Below, piece by piece: positions 55,149 to 64,000 of a DNA stretch of 64,000 bases (positions are counted from its first letter, which is position 1; each line of letters opens with the position of its first letter). The notes beneath the pieces were generated by a model. It was not told the origin of the DNA. It ran no database searches and saw only the letters and a list, made by a program, of their open reading frames with translations. The stretch is taken from positions 53,010,001 through 53,074,000 of the forward strand of contig OZ024750.1 of NCBI GenBank assembly GCA_964016885.1, read 5' to 3'. The position numbers were made by a program, and so were the translations under genes. This stretch comes from Eledone cirrhosa (taxonomy: Eukaryota).

Positions 55149-56849
55149 ACTAGATAGAGGAAACTATAGAGGTATAAAGCTGATGGACTCGGTCATGAAA
55201 GTAACAGAAAGAGTTATAGCACGGTTGATTAGGGACCAGGTGAAACTAGATGAGATGCAATTTGGGTTTATGCCAGGAAAAGGTACCACTGATGCCCTCT
55301 TCCTTGTGAGGCTAGTTACAGGAAAAGTACCTAGCTAAAAGTAAGCCGCTCTACCTGGCATTCGTTGATCTGGAAAAAGCCTTCGACAGAGTCCCCTGTG
55401 CTATAATCTGGTGGGCTCTTAGAAAATTAGGAGTAGATGAATAGCTTGTGAAAGCTGTACAAGCCATGTATAGGGGAGCAGTCAGCAAAGTTAGGATTAG
55501 CAATGACTATAGTGAGGAATTTAGCATACGGGTCGGAGTCCACCAGGGCTCTGTTCTTAGCCCTCTCCTGTTCATCATAGTTTTGCAGGCAATAACGGAG
55601 GAGTTTAAGACCGAATGCCCATGGGAACTCCTGTATGCAGATGAACTTGCACTTATAGCTGAATCTATGGTAGAACTAGAGAAGAAATTCCAAACTTGGA
55701 AGCAGGGACTAGAAAGAAAAGGTCTCAAAGTCAACCTGACAAAGACTAAGGTCCTTGTAAGTAGACATGAAAACAGAACCCACATTCCCCCAGGGAAATG
55801 GCCTTGCTCAGTATGTAGGAAAGGTGTAGGTAGGAACTCCATCCTCTGCCCCAAATGCAAACAATGGGTACACAAAAGATGTAGTGGGATCTCAGGAAGC
55901 TTAACTAAGAATGTAGGCTTGATATGTAGCAGCTGCGCTGGGACAGGAAGCAGCAAATGGCCACAGGAAACAAGTACCACCAATCTCTGGGAGGGCTCTG
56001 TAGAAACAGTAGACAGCTTCTGCTACCTAGGTGACCGAATTAGCAGCGGAGGTGGGTGTTTAGAAAGTACAATAACTAGGGTAAGAACGGGATGGAAGAA
56101 GTTCAGGGAGATACTGTCACTGCTAGCTGCAAAAGGGTTTTCCCTCAAAATGAAAGGCAGACTGTATGATGCGTGCATACGAACAGCAATGTTACATGGT
56201 AGTGAGACCTGGGCGCTGTCTGTAGAAGACTTGCATAGATTAGAAAGAAACGAAGCTTGCATGCTCCGATGGATGTGTAATAGTAATATATGCGAACGGC
56301 AAAGCATAAATGAATTGAGAGAGAGACTGAGCATAAGAGGAATCAAATGCTGTGTGCAGGAGAGGCGGTTACGTTGGTATGGACATGTGATGCGTATGAA
56401 GGATGACAGCTGCATAAAAAGGTGCAGAGCACTAGAAGTTGATGGAAATTGCGGAGTGGGGAGACCTAAGAAGACCTGGGATGAGGTGATAAAAGCCGAC
56501 CTTTCCCAATTACACCTCTCAAAGGCGATGACACACGACCTTGACCTCTTGCGTCACGCAGTAATACAGAAGACCCGACCCCCCCACGGGTACAAGCCGA
56601 AACTGAAGCATATAGACAATATGCCCCCACACCCTCCCACTGCAAAGTGGTCGTGGAGGTGCCACAGCAAAAAAGCACCCAGCACTCACTGTAAATGAGG
56701 TTGGTGTTAGGAAGGGCATCCAGCTGTAGAAATCAAGCCAGAATCACTTCCCGTATGAGCAAGACAGTCAGCCGACCGGACACTGCCCACAACAGGACAA
56801 CCCGTCTAACCCATGCTAGCGTGGAAGAACGGACGCAAAACGGTGATGA
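55149..56849 (+). pseudogene. 5'-truncated RTE copy, inactivated
   Basis: Close match to the reverse complement of 21131-22885. Frameshift near 55312, stop near 55442, YADD->YADE; complete 3' UTR. Confidence 0.93.
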
Positions 56850-56950
56850 GTATATACACATGTATATATATATGTGTGTGTGTATCCCGGGTTCAATCGG
56901 GGGTAACCACAGTAAGGTACTCAATACATCGTAGAATATATACATTTAAT

Positions 56951-57045
56951 ATATAAATGGCTTCTACAGGAGTAGAACTGTTTTATTTGAAGGAAATCAT
57001 TTCCTCCGAATGAAACAGTTCTACTCCTGTAGAAGCCATTTTTAT
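56951..57045. repeat. Short foldback of a hammerhead-containing 3' end
   Basis: aaatggcttctacaggagtagaactgttt ... aaacagttctactcctgtagaagccattt. Confidence 0.85.
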
Positions 57046-59259
57046 ATATAGATATATACACGCACACGCACACACACCTCTATCTTCCACGCTAGCATGG
57101 GTTAGACGTGTTTGTCCCATTAGAGGCAAGATTGGTCAGATGACTGTCTCGTATAATACAATCCCTGTTTCTCAAGTTAAATAAAATAAATTACATCCTT
57201 GTGCTTAATATGACCCTGGACTACTGTCATGTATGACTATGTTGTACTATGTTATCTATTAAAATCTTCATCTCATATATATCACAGATTTAGAGGTCCC
57301 CCCCCCCCCCAAAAAAAAACCCCCAAACAAACCAACAAAACTAACAATCAACAGTATATATTAGACAGTGCTGTGGTTCATTCCAGATTAGAAGACATAT
57401 CACATGAGTTGACCAATGCCTTAGGGTTGGAATTTGCTTGATTGAAATTTTGCAGACACCTAGCCTCTCTCTGTCTCTCACCTTGTCTATTGCTTTTCCT
57501 CTTTATACAGACACTATCGAACACATGACCTTACACAACCACCATCATCAACTATTATCTCCTCTCATCATATATCTCCATCTTGCTATTTCTTGTGCTG
57601 TCCTTATTTATTGAGTCTTTATGACTGTATTTCTAATAAATCAAGAATTTTGAAGGATTAACTAAAATTATATAATTAAATTAAAAATATAACTTCTTTC
57701 AATCGATAAACAAATTACTCAGCTTTTTTTTAAGAAACTGATAAAAAATGAACATAGTTACTTCATATATGGTCCTTATAAAAAATGATGTTGGACAATT
57801 TAAATAGATACCTTTTAACCGTTTGGATAACAAACTGCCTGAAATTCTCTCTGTATCTTATAATACAAAGCTGTTTACTCTAAGGTCTCAAATAATCATA
57901 CCTTTTCCCCTTATTCATTTTTCAGATTTTTTTCAAACAATTTTTCTTATTAAATTTTACTAATCTATCCCCGGTGAAATTTTATTTTAAGTAGTAGCAT
58001 TCCTGCGACAGTTAATTTTATTTATTCTTTAAAAAACATTATACATGACTAGAAATCCGAAAACATTATAAAATAAATAGAATGGGTTGGGGTTGCAATA
58101 TGTAAACTAAATGACTAATTCTGGTTTTAAAAAAAAAATAAATGGAGACAACCTAGAAAAATTACCAATTTTCCACCCCACCACTTATTCCACCCCCTAT
58201 TATTTGGGACTTGAGAGTATTTAAAAATGTTGATTTTCATCTAAAAAAACAACAAAAAAACCTTTTCATCAAATTTTGTTAAATTATATTCCAAACACCA
58301 GTTTAATAATGAGAACATTAGTTATATAAAGCCACCCCACTTATTGATTCTTTTCAAAATGATTTGGAAAACATAGGTAGTGTATTTCATTAGAAATTTG
58401 GTAATGGAAACATTAAAATGGATGGTTAGTTAATATCAAAAATTGAATGGGTCTAACCCTTTTGATACAAACCCAGCCAAAACCAGCTCTAGTGCTATGT
58501 TACAAAATCACCATTTTTTTTTTTTTCTCTAACCAAAATATCCGAAATATTTTAGTCTTCTCTCTTTGATGGTTTCTAATAAAATTTTCTTAGTTTTTGC
58601 CATTTTTATTACTTCACCATTATTGGTTCCGTCTTCTGTCTGAGATATTCTCAAAACTTTTCTCCATGACCCCCCCCCCCCCCCGCTCTTTCTTTCTCTC
58701 TCTCTCTCTTCAAATTTTCCATGATAGCAAGGGTTGAATTTGTGTTTTGTGAGTGTAAATGTATATGTTAGTATGTATATATGTAATTATGTGTGTATAT
58801 ATACTCATATGCACACTCACAAACAAACAGCTCCAGTATTGTGTTTCTCTGTAGACACAAACAACATTAACAGCAGCTGCAGTTTTCTAGTCATTCATAC
58901 GCACAATAATTCTATTATAGAGAGATAATGGCTAAACTGAAGACATTTCATTCAGTTATAAGTAAAAGTATTTATATTTCAGAAATTTGCAGTAAAAATA
59001 CATTTAGCTATGAAATTTAAGAATGAAATTTGTTGAGAAATCTTTCAAGTGCTTTCTAAAAGTAACTTGGAGATTTAAAGCTTAAGTAAAAATGGTGAAA
59101 TTTAATGATATAGGTTATTGAAGTTGATTAAATAACCAAGGAGAAAATAGTTTTGTTCTAGTTCTTCCTACTTCATGTAGAAAGATTTCATATAATTCTT
59201 TGTTAGTCTTTATAGCTGTGTGGTTAAGAAGTTCGCTTCACAGTCAGGTGGTGTATGGT

Positions 59260-61151
59260 TTGAGTACATAGTGTGGCCTCTTGAGTACATAGTGTGGCTC
59301 CTTGAGTACATAGTGTGGCTCCTTGAGTACATAGTGTGGCTCCTTGAGTACATAGTGTGGCTCCTTGAGTACATAGTGTGGCTCCTTGAGTACATAGTGT
59401 GGCTCCTTGAGTACATAGTGTGGCTCCTTGAGTACATAGTGTGGCTCCTTGAGTACATAATGTGGCTCCTTGAGTACATAGTGTGGCTCCTTGAGTACAT
59501 AGTGTGGCTCCTTGAGTACATAGTGTGGCTCCTTGAGTACATAGTGTGGTTCCTTGAGTACATAGTGTGGCTCCTTGAGTACATAGTGTGGCCTCTTGAG
59601 TACATAGTGTGGCTCCTCGAGTACATAGTGTGGCTCCTCGAGTACATAGTGTGGCTCCTCGAGTACATAGTGTGGCTCCTCGAGTACATAGTGTGGCTCC
59701 TCGAGTACATAGTGTGGCTCCTCGAGTACATAGTGTGGCTCCTTGAGTACATAGTGTGGCCTCTTGAGTACCTAGTGTGGCCTCTTGAGTACCTAGTGTG
59801 GCCTCTTGAGTACATAGTGTGGCCTCTTGAGTACATAGTGTGGCCTCTTGAGTACATAGTGTGGCCTCTTGAGTACATAGTGTGGCCTCTTGAGTACATA
59901 GTGTGGCCTCTTGAGTACATAGTGTGGCCTCTTGAGTACATAGTGTGGCTTCTTGAGTACATAGTGTGGCTCCTTGAGTACATAGTGTGGCTCCTTGAGT
60001 ACATAGTGTGGCCCCTTGAGTACATAGTGTGGCCTCTTGAGTACATAGTGTGGCCTCTTGAGTACATAGTGTGGCTCCTTGAGTACATAGTGTGGCTCCT
60101 TGAGTACATAGTGTGGCTCCTTGAGTACATAGTGTGGCTCCTTGAGTACATAGTGTGGCCCCTTGAGTACATAGTGTGGCCTCTTGAGTACATAGTGTGG
60201 CCTCTTGAGTACATAGTGTGGCCTCTTGAGTACATAGTGTGGTTCCTTGAGTACATAGTGTGGCCTCTTGAGTACATAGTGTGGCTCCTTGAGTACATAG
60301 TGTGGCTCCTTGAGTACATAGTGTGGCTCCTTGAGTACATAGTGTGGCCTCTTGAGTACATAGTGTGGCTCCTTGAGTACATAGTGTGGCTCCTTGAGTA
60401 CATAGTGTGGCTCCTTGAGTACATAGTGTGGCTCCTTGAGTACATAGTGTGGCTCCTTGAGTACATAGTGTGGCTCCTTGAGTACATAGTGTGGCTCCTT
60501 GAGTACATAGTGTGGCTCCTTGAGTACATAGTGTGGCTCCTTGAGTACATAGTGTGGCTCCTTGAGTACATAGTGTGGCTCCTTGAGTACATAGTGTGGC
60601 TCCTTGAGTACATAGTGTGGCTCCTTGAGTACATAGTGTGGCTCCTTGAGTACATAGTGTGGCTCCTTGAGTACATAGTGTGGCTTCTTGAGTACATAGT
60701 GTGGCTCCTTGAGTACATAGTGTGGCTCCTTGAGTACATAGTGTGGCTCCTTGAGTACATAGTGTGGCTCCTTGAGTACATAGTGTGGCTCCTTGAGTAC
60801 ATAGTGTGGCTCCTTGAGTACATAGTGTGGCTTCTTGAGTACATAGTGTGGCCTCTTGAGTACATAGTGTGGCCTCTTGAGTACATAGTGGGGTTCCTTG
60901 AGTACATAGTGTGGCTCCTTGAGTACATAGTGTGGCCTCTTGAGTACATAGTGTGGCCTCTTGAGTACATAGTGTGGCCTCTTGAGTACATAGTGTGGCT
61001 TCTTGAGTACATAGTGTGGCCTCTTGAGTACATAGTGTGGCCTCTTGAGTACATAGTGTGGCCTCTTGAGTACATAGTGTGGCCTCTTGAGTACATAGTG
61101 TGGCCCCTTGAGTACATAGTGTGGCTCCTTGAGTACATAGTGTGGCTCCTT
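59260..61151. repeat. 21 bp minisatellite, ~90 units
   Basis: ttgagtacatagtgtgg(ctcc/cctc); source of the MYSRSHT and LEYIVW pseudo-ORFs. Confidence 0.99.
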
Positions 61152-61253
61152 CAGCTCATAGGGTGACAGTTTCTACCATAGTCTTCAGCAATGTCTACAC
61201 TTTTTTTTACCTGACCACTGACCAGAAGTTTTGGGGCTTTGAACAAAAATATT

Positions 61254-61480
61254 TCAACCCTTTTGATACTAATCCATCCCAAACTGCCTCTGGTCTTATA
61301 GAACAAAATCACTGATTTTTAAAAGTTTCTTATTTAAATTAAAGCCATCCAACATAATATAAGGACCATATATTATGTTGCAAATATGATCTGAATAATA
61401 AAATAATTTTAATAAATCGCTCCAAATTCTTCATTGATCAATTGGTGTATTTTATTAGAAATATGGTAATAAAAGTGTTA
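61254..61480. mobile_element. Decayed TTAA/piggyBac-like MITE (relatives near 47161-47441, 58454, 61793-62340)
   Basis: aacccttttgatac ... attagaaatatggtaataaaagtgttaa termini recur. Confidence 0.55.
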
Positions 61481-62687
61481 AATTCAAAGCTAGTGACTCG
61501 TGTCTGTGCACACACCCGTGCATGTCAGTGATGTCTTCATATTGATAGCATTTAAAGTGGTGAAGTTTGTTTACATCTTTCATAAACAGTATGTCTCACA
61601 GTGGTTAGTAGTATATATTATACTTGAAAATAATAAAGCATGAGTTGACATCCAACCTTATAATAATTGCCTCAAACACCGTCTGTTCCATGTCAGCATG
61701 GAAAATCAGGTTTTAAAACATGGATGACAACAACAACAATGATGTTGATAGTTGAAATTTAGAATTAAAAAGGAAAAAAAGCTCTTATAAATTTAACCCT
61801 TTTGATACCAACCTGCATCTCCTGGTCCTACAGTTTGTTTTAAAGTGTTTTTATTTATCTAAAAATCTTCCATAATTTTATGTAAGAATATTTGCTAAGT
61901 TGTGTTCCGGCAGAATAAAGAGAAACTTGGTTATATAGTGGAGCCTTAGTTCATGAACACCTCCCATCTTCAATAAATCAGTTCATGAACAATTTTTCTG
62001 AACATAACATGTCTCAGTTGATGAACAGTGTCTTGAGTAACTAACATGCAAACCAGCAACAACAGTTGGCAACAAGCTGGGAATATTGGTGGAAAAGTGT
62101 CGCTTGCTGTGTAGTTAGTTACTATGGTGATATCTGTTTTTCACACAGTCTCTCTCTCTTACTGTATCATTTTGTATGGGGGAAAATAGTTTCAGTTGAT
62201 GAATGACCTTCAGGAACAAATTAAGTTCATGAATTAATACTAAATCCCTCCAAATGTTTGATTATTTTCAAAATTAATTGAAAATGATAGGTGAAGGGCA
62301 GTATCTTTCATTAGAAATATGAGGACACAAAAGAGTTAAATTGTTTATCATCCTTACAATCATATGCCTGTTTTCCCTGCTAGCAAGGGTTAGATTAATG
62401 TATAATTATGGCCAGTATGGGGTAAAAACCCACAACATTCCTATTATCTAAAAAACTTCCATTATAATTTTATGTAAAAAAGGATAAAAGATATATTCCA
62501 AACATCATGATAATGAGAAAGTTATATTACCAATCTCTCCAAAATTTTGATTATTTAAAAAATTATTTGAAAATCATAGGTGGTGTCTTTCATTAGTAAT
62601 GAGGGCTACACATTTTAAAATGTTTTCCACTATATCTCTCTCTTTTTTAAAACAGTTATTTCATAGAGAATGGAGAGTTCATGCATG

Positions 62688-63025
62688 GAGATGTTATAAA
62701 ATAGGATGAAGACCCTTAAAGATGGAAAAAGAAGTTGCCACCGGCGACTATGAGGAATTGACTCCATATCTCCCACCTAGCCAGTCAGGGGTTCAATTCC
62801 TCATAGTTTGAACTCTTTTCCAACAGTTCATAACTTCAAAGCTAGATGGCGTTACTAGTTTATTGATGTGACATTTGTCAATCATTCAGATATGTTGTTA
62901 ATAAATGTTTGTTTAAAAAAAAGTCATTTTAATAAAAAAGAAACCCCGGCACAGCAACTGTAGCTGTGTAAAATATTTGCAGCTGTCAACAGGTTAAGGG
63001 TCTTCATCCTATTTTATAACATCTC
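62688..63025. repeat. Nested inverted repeats
   Basis: Perfect 32 bp arms at 62688-62719 and 62994-63025; inner arms at 62747-62761 and 62793-62807 with a B-box-like ggttcaattcc. Confidence 0.85.
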
Positions 63026-63239
63026 TGCACTTATTTTAACTTTATCCCCTCAGCACTTCGTAAAAATCCAAGCGATCAGCTGAAAACAATTATTTCCTAA
63101 TTTCTCATTGGATCACATTTATCTGTATTTAATGAAAAGAAGGAATCAATTTATATAACAATTTAATGATAATCTCATGAATTAGCTGAGTAATAAGTAA
63201 TGTGTAGTAAGCAGCACTGATGATCTGATCCAGCTAATC

Positions 63240-63436
63240 TGTTGATCAGCAGTATCATCATTGCTGCCACCACTGTAACCACCACCACCACTGCAACCAC
63301 CACCACCTCTGTGACCACCACCACCACCAACAGCAGCATCGTCATCATCACTTATTGCCACCATCACCATCATAGTAGCTATCACCATCACCACCACCAT
63401 CATCACAGCTATCACCATCATCGCTATAACCACCAT
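63240..63436. repeat. (CAC)/(CAT) low-complexity tract
   Basis: Degenerate trinucleotide repeats. Confidence 0.85.
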
Positions 63437-63666
63437 TCCTTCTCATCTGTTTAAATGGAAAGAAATATATACAAAGTTCTTTTTCTGTATGCGTGTAAGT
63501 GTGCATATATGTGTATACGAGTTTGTATATGTATACAAATGCATTCGTATGTGTGCGCGTGTGTGTGTAGGTGTGCTTTTACATGTTTTTTACATATATA
63601 TGAATGAAGTAATTCCGTCGGAAAGGTCCAGGAAAAAAGAGTGCTCTATGTAGGTTACAGAGCTTA

Positions 63667-63828
63667 ATAGTTATGCAATAAACAACATAAGATAATTATT
63701 TCATTTACCAGTGGTTTCTTGAAAGCAAACAAAATTTGCTTTCAATCATCAGAAAGCAAATTTGGTTTGCTTTCAAGAAACCACTGGTAAATGAAATAAT
63801 TATCTTATGTTGTTTATTACATAACTAT
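63667..63828. repeat. Near-perfect palindrome, 77 bp arms and 8 nt loop
   Basis: 63667-63743 vs 63752-63828. Confidence 0.95.
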
Positions 63829-64000
63829 ATATCATCATCATCATTTTACGTCCGCTTTTCCCTGCTTGCAAGGGTGGAACAGGAACTGATTCTGGCTTGA
63901 TTTCTACAGCTGGATGCCCTTCCTAACACCAACCTCATTTACAGTGTCGGCTGGGTGCTTTTTTGCCGTGGCACCTCCACGACCACTTTGCAGTGGAATG

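Noticed and set aside
59210-61166. 642 aa and 648 aa heptad-repeat ORFs on both strands
   Set aside because: Stop-free 21 bp minisatellite with no unique coding flanks.
63182-63454. His/Thr- or Gly-rich ORFs
   Set aside because: Trinucleotide low-complexity sequence.

Overview
Eukaryotic, AT-rich, repeat-dominated DNA. The repeat families resemble those of octopod cephalopods; this is recognition from memory, not a database result. No host gene could be supported. Bases 1 to ~35,960 are a giant strand-polarised (TA)n/(TATG)n/(TATATG)n array carrying young retroelements: two CR1/L2-group LINEs, an R4/Dong-like RLE LINE plus a truncated twin, an intact RTE LINE, an RTE fragment, a Penelope-like element (RT + GIY-YIG), several Penelope-type ends with minimal type I hammerhead ribozymes, and three copies of a ~608 bp non-coding element. 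Bases ~36-64 kb are ordinary repeat-rich DNA with SINEs, TTAA MITEs, RTE tails, a decayed RTE and several minisatellites. The most unusual signal is a recurring class of head-to-head foldback retrocopies. One is a 101-bp-arm palindrome built on a mature tRNA-Trp: it has the CCA end, A58->T in both arms, and turns at the anticodon stem. Nearly all long ORFs in the supplied track are microsatellite artefacts.
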